DNA from: Thermodesulfobacteriota bacterium
GTDB lineage: Bacteria; Desulfobacterota; Desulfarculia; JACQYL01
Reading direction: 5' to 3'
DNA length: 64,000 nucleotides
NCBI GenBank assembly: GCA_963675595.2
Contig: CAXXLZ010000002.1
Location: 1,632,001 to 1,696,000, forward strand
A program made the translations under genes and the position numbers. Numbering within the stretch: position 1 is the stretch's first letter; every line of letters starts with the position of its first letter. A model generated the notes under the pieces. The model saw only the letters and a list, made by a program, of their open reading frames with translations. It searched no databases and was not told where the DNA came from. This document shows positions 47,436-57,262 of this stretch, in pieces.

Positions 47436-50052
47436 ACTTCGCGCGCTTGCAGATGATCGAGTCATGGAACTCAACGACGGGCAAGTAGCGAGCCTGCATG
47501 CACTTGCCGATCGACTAACCAAGAACGGCGTGATCATTGCGGACGAAGTCGGCATGGGAAAGACTCGGATTGCTACAGCGGTCGCACGTTGTGTGATTGC
47601 GGCTGGAGGGCGAGTTGCGATACTGGCGCCACCGGGGTTGGGCTATCAATGGGGCGACGAATTACGGAACGCCGAAGTCGACGCACCACCAATCTTGCGC
47701 AGCCTCTGGCAATATTTCCAGGCATGGGAGACCGAGGAGAAGTGTGTCCCTTGGTTTCAAGAGTCAGCTCTGGTAGTCTCGCATTCTTTTGCGAACTGGC
47801 GGCTTGGAGAGAAAACTGATCCTTGGCGTTGGGCTTTGCTACCGGAAATATACTATAGATGGCGCAAGCAAACGAACGGACGTTGGCCGCGGGACTACTG
47901 CGGAAACAAAATACTTGGCGACGAGAGGGTTCGACGAGCTGCCGAAAGCATTGTTGGCGCAATAAGCGCCAGCCCAGAAGTGCACCCTGTGCGAAGGTTT
48001 ATTCGCGAATTGGCCGAAAACACGCCGTGGCCAAGTGCGCTCACTGCTGTCGAATATGCGAGTAACGCACAACTGCGGCCCTGGCTGGAACGTGCGGTGG
48101 GACTTGGGATGGGATTGTTTGATTTGGTTATTGTTGATGAAGCACACAAAAGCCGCGGCCAAGGCAGTGGCTTGAATCGATTGCTAAAAAAGGTGGTTTT
48201 GGAATCTACCTTTGCACGCTGCTTAGCAATGACGGCCACTCCCGTGGAGCTTGATGTGGAACAGTGGACGCAGATGTTAGAGCGTATCCAAGTCGAGGAA
48301 TTATCGAAAGAAGCGGCGACCCAGGCAATTAGAGATTACGCTCAAAAAGTAGATAGGGTGAGGCAATGCCCGAGCGACAAAGAGGTGCGTGAGAAATACA
48401 AGCGATCAGCTAAGACTTTCGAACAAGCACTAATTCCTTATATCCTGCGACGTGATAAACGAGAAGAGCCAGCGGTCAAGAAGTTTCAACAAATATCTGG
48501 CGAGGGCTATCACGCCTACCGAGATGAAAAGGAAATACTGATTGATACTGCGCGACTGATTCCCGAATGGAAACATGCGGTGTGCGCTGCGGAAGCCTTG
48601 TCTTTTGTCACACGTCAATCCGACAATACGGCGGCCAAGCGGCTTCGTCTGACCATAGGCAATGGTCACGGAATCGCAGCCCTGATTGATCAATTGCAAA
48701 GAGATGATTTAGATGACCATAGACAAATGAAATCCGATTGCCTCCCTGAGATTACTACACAGAATAACATCGAATCAGAACTTTCCGATGACAAGCGACT
48801 GCTACGTGCAGACTGGTGGCAGAATGTCATGATCAAACCATTCATGAACGATGGATCGACGTTATTCAATCACCCTGCTATTCTGAAAGCAGTCGAAGAG
48901 ATTGAGAAAGCCTGCCGGCGAGGGGAGAAGGTACTGGTGTTCGGGCGCTTTACTCGACCGCTACGCGCGTTGGTGCAATTGCTCAATGCTCGGGAAATGC
49001 TGCGCTGCTTGGAAAACAACCGACTTTGGCCACAATCCAAAGTGCATGAAAACGAAGAATGGGATGCTGTTTTGGCTGCTCGTCGGCAGCTGCAAATACA
49101 AGGAGAATTGGATAGGAATCTTCTGGATCAAGCTCTTGCTAAGCAGTACCAAGTGCTTGAGAATCAGCGCCGTAATATTCGGGGAAAGCTAATTAGACAC
49201 ATCGAAGAAGGGCTCAACAACAACAAGTCGGAGAAGCGTGTGCGAGCACTATTTGATGCTTTCAGGAGGTCGGCTACGGAGGTTCCAAAACAGCTTCAAG
49301 ACAACGACGATCATGCATTGGCTGTAGTGTCTCGGGCGATGCACGAATTGATAGGATCAAGCATTGAGAATGCAGCGTCCTCCGACTTCGCGCAGGCTTT
49401 TACTGAGCTGGTGGTGGCAGCAAGCGATCGCGATGAGGGGGATGCAGACGGCGATGGTCAGCTAGATGAAGATGAAGCCTCTGATCTTTGGGCCGATCTC
49501 AGAAAAAGGTTAGATGAGGAATATAACCGCCCAGAAGGAAGATATGCGCGACTCATGTATGGAGCGACAAAACCCGCAACTCGGCGCTTCCTGCAACTTT
49601 CCTTTAATCGAAAGCAAGGGCACCCGAAGGTACTAGTGGCACAATCACTAGTGGGTCGTGAAGGGCTTAATCTTCACAAGGCATGCCGAACTGTTGTGCT
49701 GTTGCATCCCGAGTGGAATCCAGGTGTTGTTGAACAGCAGATTGGTAGAGTCGACAGGATCGGCAGTCTTTGGGAGGAGAAATTGAACCAGGTGATCGCC
49801 GATAAGCAAACGACTAGCGATCTCCCAAGAATTGAAATCCGCCCGGTCGTTTTTGGCGGTACGTATGATGAGAAAAACTGGCAGGTGCTTCATCACCGAT
49901 GGGATGATTTGCGTGCGCAACTTCACGGAATCGTCCTTACTTCACGCATCGCTGAAAAATATTCGAATGCAGATGAATTGGTCATTGAAATAAATGAAGC
50001 TGCTCCAAACTTTTCACCATTGACCCAGGTATCCTTTTCAGAAGGGGTTTGA
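47395..50052 (+). CDS. SNF2-like superfamily 2 helicase
   Basis: IIADEVGMGKT, VIVDEAHK, MTATPV, EKVLVF, VGREGLNLH, WNPGVVEQQIGRVDRIG. Confidence 0.9.
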   Translation: MNRKFKGWKIVADELRALADDRVMELNDGQVASLHALADRLTKNGVIIADEVGMGKTRIATAVARCVIAAGGRVAILAPPGLGYQWGDELRNAEVDAPPILRSLWQYFQAWETEEKCVPWFQESALVVSHSFANWRLGEKTDPWRWALLPEIYYRWRKQTNGRWPRDYCGNKILGDERVRRAAESIVGAISASPEVHPVRRFIRELAENTPWPSALTAVEYASNAQLRPWLERAVGLGMGLFDLVIVDEAHKSRGQGSGLNRLLKKVVLESTFARCLAMTATPVELDVEQWTQMLERIQVEELSKEAATQAIRDYAQKVDRVRQCPSDKEVREKYKRSAKTFEQALIPYILRRDKREEPAVKKFQQISGEGYHAYRDEKEILIDTARLIPEWKHAVCAAEALSFVTRQSDNTAAKRLRLTIGNGHGIAALIDQLQRDDLDDHRQMKSDCLPEITTQNNIESELSDDKRLLRADWWQNVMIKPFMNDGSTLFNHPAILKAVEEIEKACRRGEKVLVFGRFTRPLRALVQLLNAREMLRCLENNRLWPQSKVHENEEWDAVLAARRQLQIQGELDRNLLDQALAKQYQVLENQRRNIRGKLIRHIEEGLNNNKSEKRVRALFDAFRRSATEVPKQLQDNDDHALAVVSRAMHELIGSSIENAASSDFAQAFTELVVAASDRDEGDADGDGQLDEDEASDLWADLRKRLDEEYNRPEGRYARLMYGATKPATRRFLQLSFNRKQGHPKVLVAQSLVGREGLNLHKACRTVVLLHPEWNPGVVEQQIGRVDRIGSLWEEKLNQVIADKQTTSDLPRIEIRPVVFGGTYDEKNWQVLHHRWDDLRAQLHGIVLTSRIAEKYSNADELVIEINEAAPNFSPLTQVSFSEGV

Positions 50053-50274
50053 TCCGGCCTTGTTGCGGATTTATTCAACTCACCCCGTTAGACTTGATGA
50101 AGGGTCCGAAAAATTGTCTCCAAGATTCCAGCATGGACGGTTCATGAGTAACCACATAATTACTCTTCCCAAGGCGGATGAATGCATTGCTCGCCATAGT
50201 ATGACAATTTGAGATTACCGAAACCGAAATGAAAGCTCGGCAATGAAGCACACAATTTCCTTAGGAAATCCGAG

Positions 50275-50487
50275 GTGTTGGGACATAAGAAGCTCCGGCT
50301 GTACCAGAGTCCGGGTTCGTTTGCCGCTTACTTCCTGGGTATGGCAGATATCGATCCTTTAGTAAATGATCTGTCATTCGAGTTCTTGCTGAATCCGAAC
50401 GGGAAGAGCATTGAGACAATCTTCGCGGTCCCTTTCGGGAGGAGCTTTTTCATGCCCTGCAGAAGCATATTTCCAAGTTCGAAGTGA
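50275..50487 (+). pseudogene. Fragment resembling DNA polymerase III alpha (DnaE)
   Basis: PGSFAAYFLGMADIDPLVNDLSFEFLLNP versus the DnaE motif GSLVAYxLGITDIDPLxxxLLFERFLNP. Confidence 0.5.
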
Positions 50488-50777
50488 ACTTCACATCGAA
50501 ATCTGACTGGCTTCAAATGGCATAAAGATGTCATCATAGAAAATAGAATATCTGTAATTTCTCCCAAAAGACGAGCTCTCAATGGAAACTAATGAACACC
50601 TCCGTACCTTATTCCGACAAAAGCGTGAAGCCGCTGGTCTTCGTCCCTCCGAACTGGCGGAAAAGATCGTGTCGGGGTAGTGTCCAGAATTTTTCGCACT
50701 TTGTAGGAGTCGTCCCTCGCGCGTTGGTTTGAGTAGGCAGCCCCGGGTCCCATGCGCCGGGGCTGCCGGTCGATATC

Positions 50778-50923
50778 AGCAGGCGACGTTGAGCTTCGAT
50801 TATCTGTTCTGAATTCAATCGATCTGCGGTTTTCTATCGTTCTTGAAGAGCTTCCTCTATACCCCCGGCTGAAGCAAGGTTAAACCACATGTGTGCTTGT
50901 ACATAGTCTTGCGGGACGCCATA
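50778..50923 (-). pseudogene. Sel1-repeat protein C-terminal remnant
   Basis: YGVPQDYVQAHMWFNLASAGGIEEALQER*KTADRLNSEQIIEAQRR, with an internal stop and no start. Confidence 0.7.
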
Positions 50924-51066
50924 TGAATTCACAGAGTAGTTTATCCAAACCTAAACAAATATTCTACAAAATGTCAGCTGTTCAATACTATGTAGTGTTA
51001 TAAGCCATCATATCTCATGCATATCCATACTGTTTAAGACAAATAACTATATTGTGTAGTATTTCA

Positions 51067-52467
51067 TTAACAGGCTGATAGTAAGTCTAGTTTCAGTCCA
51101 ATTCTATGGCATATATCTGCAACCACGCAGTCGGATCTGATATTCTTGTCCGGGAAGAAACCCGAGCAGGCTGCACAAGAATTGGATATTGATGGCTTTG
51201 TAGATATGTAGAACGGACAACGAGTTCTGGCACGTTCGAACAATCCGGTGATTATATAGGAACGTGTAGTGTAATGAAGGTGATTCTGAAGAGCTACCGC
51301 GAGCCAACGGCGAGCTTCTTTGTCGCTCGACTCTCCTATGTCTTCAGGCCGGAAGTTCGGTATATTTAGATAGCCTTCTTCGCGTAGTTTAGGGTGAGTT
51401 GACTTTCGAAACCATAGCTTAATTAGAGGGACAGAGGATATGATTGACATAGGCCCAACAGGCCAGTACAAGGCGTGGAACTTGTTCTCCAACTGCCAAG
51501 TGATCGCTCTACGAGCAATCCAATTTATCGAGCTGACTTCACCCCGTGCCCTATCGTCATCCTCCAACAAACCTCTAAGATCATCGAGTGTAGTAAATGG
51601 ATTTTCTAAACTCGCTTTATCGCATATCGTTTCGATAGCTGCCGATAGCTCATGCTCATCCTTTGGCTTTTTCAACTTGCCAATATGGTCGAAGGCTCGA
51701 AAAACTCTTCGTAAGTTTCGGATGAGCGTATACTCCCCGAGTCGCCCGAAGAAGCCATCTATGGGCTGGTTCAGCAGGATGAAGAATATGAGCTCTTTTA
51801 TATGTGATAACTGGACAAAATCCAAGTAAACTGAAATCGCATTGTATCGAGCGCAGTCCGGTCCTTTCAGCGCGACGAAATATTTGTTGATCAGTCTATC
51901 CGCTATTTCAGTTGATGGAGAGCGCCAATGCAAGAACATCGCTTGGTTGCACGCGGCATGCCCCTCGAGCAAGCTTTCGCCGAGAAGGGGATATGCTGAT
52001 CGCCCATTTGCGACGTGGAATGTCGATGTTATTAGGGGCCTTTCCGGGCCCTCCCAAATGGGCATGTAAGAGAATTCGGGGAACGTCCACCCGTAAATCT
52101 CTTCCTGGAAATAGCGCCATGCAAACATGTATGAGCTGAAGGTCTCCAGTTCTTTGTCTGTATCAACGCAAAAGCGCAGATCAACGCCAGCCTGTGAGAC
52201 CGGACACGAACGTACGCCCCTTTCGACCATGCGCGAAACTATTCTCTCAAGAAATTCAACTCGGCCATAGATCGCATGGACGTATCCAATCCCCAAAGCT
52301 GATCCATAAAACTGCATGTAATGGGTCAATTCGTGAACAAACACAGACCAGTCAGCGGTGCTATCCTCGTTTTCCAACTTCATCTGGTCGAAGTACGCGG
52401 GTGCGTGCAATCCTAAACTAACCGGATCAAAGTGCCCGCGGAATCCTCCTGCGGGAAGTACTGTCAT
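51067..52467 (-). CDS. Hypothetical protein with HExxH metallopeptidase-like motif and Cys-rich C-terminus
   Basis: FVHELTHYMQ, downstream LLEGHA; CPFY..CAAC..C; likely start ATG 52467. Confidence 0.7.
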   Translation of the reverse strand: MTVLPAGGFRGHFDPVSLGLHAPAYFDQMKLENEDSTADWSVFVHELTHYMQFYGSALGIGYVHAIYGRVEFLERIVSRMVERGVRSCPVSQAGVDLRFCVDTDKELETFSSYMFAWRYFQEEIYGWTFPEFSYMPIWEGPERPLITSTFHVANGRSAYPLLGESLLEGHAACNQAMFLHWRSPSTEIADRLINKYFVALKGPDCARYNAISVYLDFVQLSHIKELIFFILLNQPIDGFFGRLGEYTLIRNLRRVFRAFDHIGKLKKPKDEHELSAAIETICDKASLENPFTTLDDLRGLLEDDDRARGEVSSINWIARRAITWQLENKFHALYWPVGPMSIISSVPLIKLWFRKSTHPKLREEGYLNIPNFRPEDIGESSDKEARRWLAVALQNHLHYTTRSYIITGLFERARTRCPFYISTKPSISNSCAACSGFFPDKNIRSDCVVADICHRIGLKLDLLSAC

Positions 52468-53088
52468 ATAGTTGTCCCCATCTGTTTGATATTTTCTCGA
52501 TCGAACGAACGATATATTTATGGTTATGATATCGACCGAAAAGCTCGGATTGCGTTGAACCGCCGAGCCGTTAAACACAGGGAGCGAAGAAGGGATATGG
52601 GAATTAGTTGTGAGTGGACTCACGTTTTATGTGGATAACTTTAGACCGTAGTGCCATCTGATGCAAGGCATGCGTAGATAACCTTTGCAACGAGCCAAAT
52701 AACCCGTTTTGGTCTTTCTCGCCTACAAAAGGGCCAGGAAACGCCGCTCTCAAGCCACTCTCATTTGAAAAGGCAATTGCCCTCCTAAAATTCGGGACCC
52801 ATCAGAAATCCGTTCTCGTCGAGAAGCCTATTTCTTGGATCCGGTTTGGCAATGAATCTACCTTGATGAGCACGATTTCCACGGAATCGCACGGTTTTTG
52901 GGAAATACGCAGTTATCAGTAAAGGGTCTTGATGCGTGAAGTTTTTTTAACAGGTCGTCCAAGTGACAGCACACCATCTTTGGCTGGATTTGCCGCCAAG
53001 AGGGTGGCTTATGGATCACCTTCCTCTTCTATTCACTCGGGTGTGGCGGATTTACAATTGCCGGCCAGATGTCGGAATTCTCATACTG

Positions 53089-54773
53089 CTACCCAGCCGC
53101 CGCAGAGGCGGGTCGCTTCGCGTATTCTTCACGCCAGTTTTTTAGCGAATTCATGTCTTCCAGAATATCCTCTGGCTTCGGCAATTCCACTGGTGATTCT
53201 GTAGGCTGCGAGTGTTCAAACCCAGAGTATTTGGTCATGAGCGAATCAAGAAGATTACAATCCGTCTCTTTCAACTTGGCCAGATCCTTGAGCTTCAACG
53301 TATGGACCGGTCGTTGGAATCTTTGAACCACCCCGCACAGCAGATCATTTTCAATAGAGCGCTCCACCAACGTCCTGAAGTCGCTGCATATCGACTTCAG
53401 CAGGATTTCGGCATGTTCAAATTTGTCGCTCTCACTTGCCTTCTTAGCATCCTGATACCGCTGATTCATGAGTGTGTTCAGCGCGGATTTGATGTCACTC
53501 TGTGAAAGTGGAATGGGGGCTGGCTCTCCGGTACCCCAGTCCGCAGAGCGAATGCTCACCACATCGGGCTTGATGGTCTTTTTCTCGGCAAAATGCCTGA
53601 CCGTTCCCAGCAAGGACAGACGGTGAGTAAAGACAATGACCTGTTTATCCTGAGACAACTCGATCAGCCTTTGAACCACGGCCTCCTCGTAGCTTTGGTC
53701 GAGCGAGGATATTGGATCGTCGAAGATAAACGGGGCCTGGTTACTCTTGCCGGTGACGTCGGCCAAAAATGCCGCAATGGAAACGATCCGATTTTCTCCC
53801 TCGCTCAGAACATCGGCGAGCCCATTCTGAGAGGCCCCCCGGAGCTGGAGCTTATGAAGGACGCGGCCCTTGGAGACTTTTGATTTCACGAGCTCAACCT
53901 TCACCTGAGACGCGCCGAGGGTCTTGAGTTCCGCCTTGAATCTTTGCACGAACGCATCCGTGATCAAGGCTTCTGCCAGCTCCCCTTTTTTCTGGGACAG
54001 GGCTTTGGTATTGGTCAAATTCTTGGCTTCCTGAATCTGGCTCAGTAACTTCAATCGGGTGACTTCTTCATCAATGGCGGCGCGGTGCTCAGACAACCAC
54101 TTTCTTGCCTGCAGGCTGTTTAGCTTTTTTTTGATCTCCTCTCGATTGTCGCTTTTGGCGTCTTCGTCATATTTTGCCGCGAGTTCACCGAGGCTTTTCG
54201 TCTGGGCGTTGGCTTCTTCGATCCATTTAGGTGTGAGCAGAGGGTCGGGAATGGCTTCTTCGGAATCGATCCCAGGGAGCAGGTCTTTTCTGGCCTGCAA
54301 TTGAGCAAAGAAATCCGTCACTTGGCTGGCGACTTCATCCTGTGGAATGCCAGCCGCATCGATACGTGTCTTCAGCGTCTCCGATGTCGGTAGCACCTCG
54401 ATAGTTTGACCGGCGGCCTCGTATTCCTTGGCCGCATCCGTTGCGGCTTTCTGCATTTCGCCCTTCATGAAGCTTTCGAAGGAGATCAATCGGTCCTTGG
54501 CCTCCTGAGTCAAGGTCTGATGGCACAGGACACAACGGGAACCATCAGAGACATTCGGGTACTCGGCTTCTTTGTAGGCAGCCGATGCGGAGTAGTTCCG
54601 GGCCGCTTCCCAAAGCTCTTTCCAAACATCAGACCCGATGCCTTCCAACTCGCTGCCGGAGAACACCTTTTCCGCCGCCGTATCTGCCGCTGCCTTCTTG
54701 AGGATCAACTTCTTTTTGGCAGCAATGATCCGGCGATAATTCTCATCCGATAATTGCTTAAGATACTTCTGGG
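53089..54773 (-). pseudogene. 3' part of an RloC-like ABC/SMC ATPase interrupted by IS3
   Basis: Zn-hook CVLCHQ, LSEGE signature, FIFDDPISSLD, VIVFTH. Confidence 0.85.
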
Positions 54774-54813
54774 CGGAATGTGTCAATGAAAATGAGACAC
54801 CTGTTTTCAGAAA

Positions 54814-55809
54814 TTAGACTCTCACGTCATCGCTCGACGGTTTGTTGATCCACGCGGCCTTGGGCAATTTTGGCGGCTGTGGCACCTTTCCTTTGAAACG
54901 GTTGGGGTTGCTCCGGAAGGCAGCCCGAAGAACTTGGCTGCGACACGCTACAATGTCCTGGGCGAGTCCGTAATGGAGCTGTTCGGGTGTGACCAACCCG
55001 ATGCCTGAATGCCGATGCTCGGGGTTGTACCAGGAGAAGAACTCCCGGCAGAAAGACCGGGCATCCTGGATTGATCCAAACCGTTTCGGGAATTTCGGGC
55101 AATACTTGAGGGTTTTAAACTGCGCCTCCGAGTAGGGGTTATCATTGCTGACATAGGGTCGGCTGTGGGTCTTGGTCACTCCAAGGTCTCCCATGAACTC
55201 GGCTACGGACTTCGCTTTCATCGCCGGGCCTCGATCCGCATGGATGATGAGTTGGCCGGACTTGATATCCTGCTTGAAGCACGTCTCTTCGATGAGTTGC
55301 CTGGCCAAAGCGGCGCTTTCCCGATGGGCCACCATCCAGCCGACCACGTAGCGGCTGAAGATGTCCATGATCACGTAAAGATGGAAATAGGTCCACTTCA
55401 CAGGCCCTTTTAGCTTCGTAATATCCCAGGACCACACTTTGTTGGGTCCGGTCGCAAGCAACTCGGGCTTTTTATAGACAGGCCGCCGCGCCTGCTTTCT
55501 TCGCTCTTTGACATCACCGGATTCCGCTTTGAGAATCCGGTACATGGTCCGGATAGAGCAGTAGTACTGTCCTTCATCGAGCAAGACGGCAAAGACCTGA
55601 CGGGGAGCATCATCCTGAAAACGGGAGCTGTTAAGCAGATCGACCACGGTTTCCCGCTCCTGGGGGTTCAGAGCCAAGGGAGGCGCCGGCCGAGGTGTGC
55701 GGGCCGCCGCCGGCTTCAGGCGGCGATAGAAACTCGCACGGGGCAGGCCCATGGCTCCACATGCCTGCACGGTTCCCACCTCGGTGCGCAGCTCCATCGC
55801 CGCGCTCAT
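54814..55809 (-). CDS. IS3-family transposase OrfB
   Basis: Near-identical to 32921-33916. Confidence 0.95.
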   Translation of the reverse strand: MSAAMELRTEVGTVQACGAMGLPRASFYRRLKPAAARTPRPAPPLALNPQERETVVDLLNSSRFQDDAPRQVFAVLLDEGQYYCSIRTMYRILKAESGDVKERRKQARRPVYKKPELLATGPNKVWSWDITKLKGPVKWTYFHLYVIMDIFSRYVVGWMVAHRESAALARQLIEETCFKQDIKSGQLIIHADRGPAMKAKSVAEFMGDLGVTKTHSRPYVSNDNPYSEAQFKTLKYCPKFPKRFGSIQDARSFCREFFSWYNPEHRHSGIGLVTPEQLHYGLAQDIVACRSQVLRAAFRSNPNRFKGKVPQPPKLPKAAWINKPSSDDVRV

Positions 55810-56297
55810 GAACTGCTCCCGTCGTCGTCCAGGTCCGGCTGAGCGATCCCCAGTATCTCCGAGATTTTTTTTTGAACTTCGATGATGGTTCGCGCCTGTT
55901 TCAGTTGATTCTCGAGACGGCGGTTCTCCCTTTCAAGCCGGGCCACCCGCTCTGCCATAGGGTTCTTCTGCTTGGGCTTCCGGCCTCGCTTCTTTGGCCC
56001 AAGCGCCCTCAACTGCCCCTGGTCACGTTGTCTACGCCATGTCGCCAGACTCGAAGAATACAGGCCTTCTCGCCGAAGTAGAGCCCCGAGCCGGCCCGGT
56101 TCAGTACACGCATCGGCTTCCTCCAGGATTCTCAGCTTGTACCGGGCTGTAAATCTGCGACGAGGCTTCTTCTCTGGAACCTCCGGGTCGGGGACCGTGA
56201 CGTGCTTCCCGATCGTGGTAACTCCGGTCGTCCTACGGACTCCCTCCGTTACCACGATTCCCTCATCCGGATTCTCTTTCTCTCTGTGCCTCATCAT
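55806..56297 (-). CDS. IS3-family transposase OrfA
   Basis: Near-identical to 33913-34404; A9 frameshift tract. Confidence 0.9.
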   Translation of the reverse strand: MMRHREKENPDEGIVVTEGVRRTTGVTTIGKHVTVPDPEVPEKKPRRRFTARYKLRILEEADACTEPGRLGALLRREGLYSSSLATWRRQRDQGQLRALGPKKRGRKPKQKNPMAERVARLERENRRLENQLKQARTIIEVQKKISEILGIAQPDLDDDGSSS

Positions 56298-56367
56298 GCT
56301 CCATCTCCTACCCGCCCTACACTAATTTATCAACGGGTAGGTGTCTCACTCTCATTGGCACAGAGGG

Positions 56368-57262
56368 GGGCATCCTGAACCAGAGTGTCGATATGCTGTT
56401 TCTGTTTCCTCAGCTGCTTCGCTTTTTCCGCTGGTGCCTGTTCGGTAAGGCGCTGCTGCAGCGTTTGCATCTCGGTCTCGTCAGCGCTGCTAAATGTGCA
56501 ATGCTTGTCGATGTCCTGGATGCTGGTCTTGGCGCTGATGGTTTCGTACCAGAGGCCTTCTGGAGTGACCTTTTTGTCAGCTGGGATATTCGGTTTTTTG
56601 GATTGGTGTCGATTAGCCTCGGCGTCCAGAGCTGATGCCACCTTCTCACAAGCGAGGGTGAGCGAGCTGAAAAACGATAATACCGGCGGCTCGTAGCTCA
56701 CCTCATCTTCGCTACCGACAAAGACCTTGCCAAACGAGGTGTCGAAAATATCAACGCTGTTTAGGTCATCGCAGATACCTTGCCCTGACCAGGTATGACT
56801 CTTCGGAATGCCGTCCTGCTCAAACGAAATGCAAGCTTTCTGTACGGCAGAGCCGGGTTTATAGACATTGCGGTGAAGGGTACCCGTCTCGCGGGCACCG
56901 CATACATGTTTAAGGAGTCTGACGTATCCGGATTTGCCTGACCCATTCTTGCCATAAACAATCGTGATGTTGCCTTTGCCAAACTTAAGTGGCTTTTTCG
57001 GAGCAAGAGCGTTAATTCCTTCGACATCACTGATTGAACATAAACGCAAGGTGCCTGCAGCGCCCTGGGAGAACGCGGTAGCTGGAAAAGAACAGGTCAC
57101 TTTTGGCAACTTTCCGTCTGCTTCCTGCCAGCACAGGGTTGCGAGCTCAGAGACTTCTTTGTCAGTCAGCTCAGACTGCTGAAGCAGCCGAGCAGCCCCA
57201 ATCTGGAGCCACTGGGGACGCTCTGAAAACCATTTGGTCAGCAATGCCGAGATATCGCTCAT
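56368..57262 (-). pseudogene. 5' part of the RloC-like ABC/SMC ATPase
   Basis: IVYGKNGSGKSGY Walker A; removing the IS rejoins VQDA|QKYLKQ in frame (858 aa). Confidence 0.85.

Larger units (their letters stand above)
54774..56367 (-). mobile_element. IS3-family element, copy 2 (1594 bp)
   Basis: Same ends as copy 1; 3-bp duplication GGG (54771-54773, 56368-56370). Confidence 0.92.

Noticed and set aside
52630-52638. Perfect DnaA box (TGTGGATAA)
   Set aside because: A single 9-mer can occur by chance in 64 kb; there is no cluster of boxes
32881-56367. Composite transposon bounded by the two IS3 copies
   Set aside because: Each copy has its own matching target duplication and interrupts a different gene
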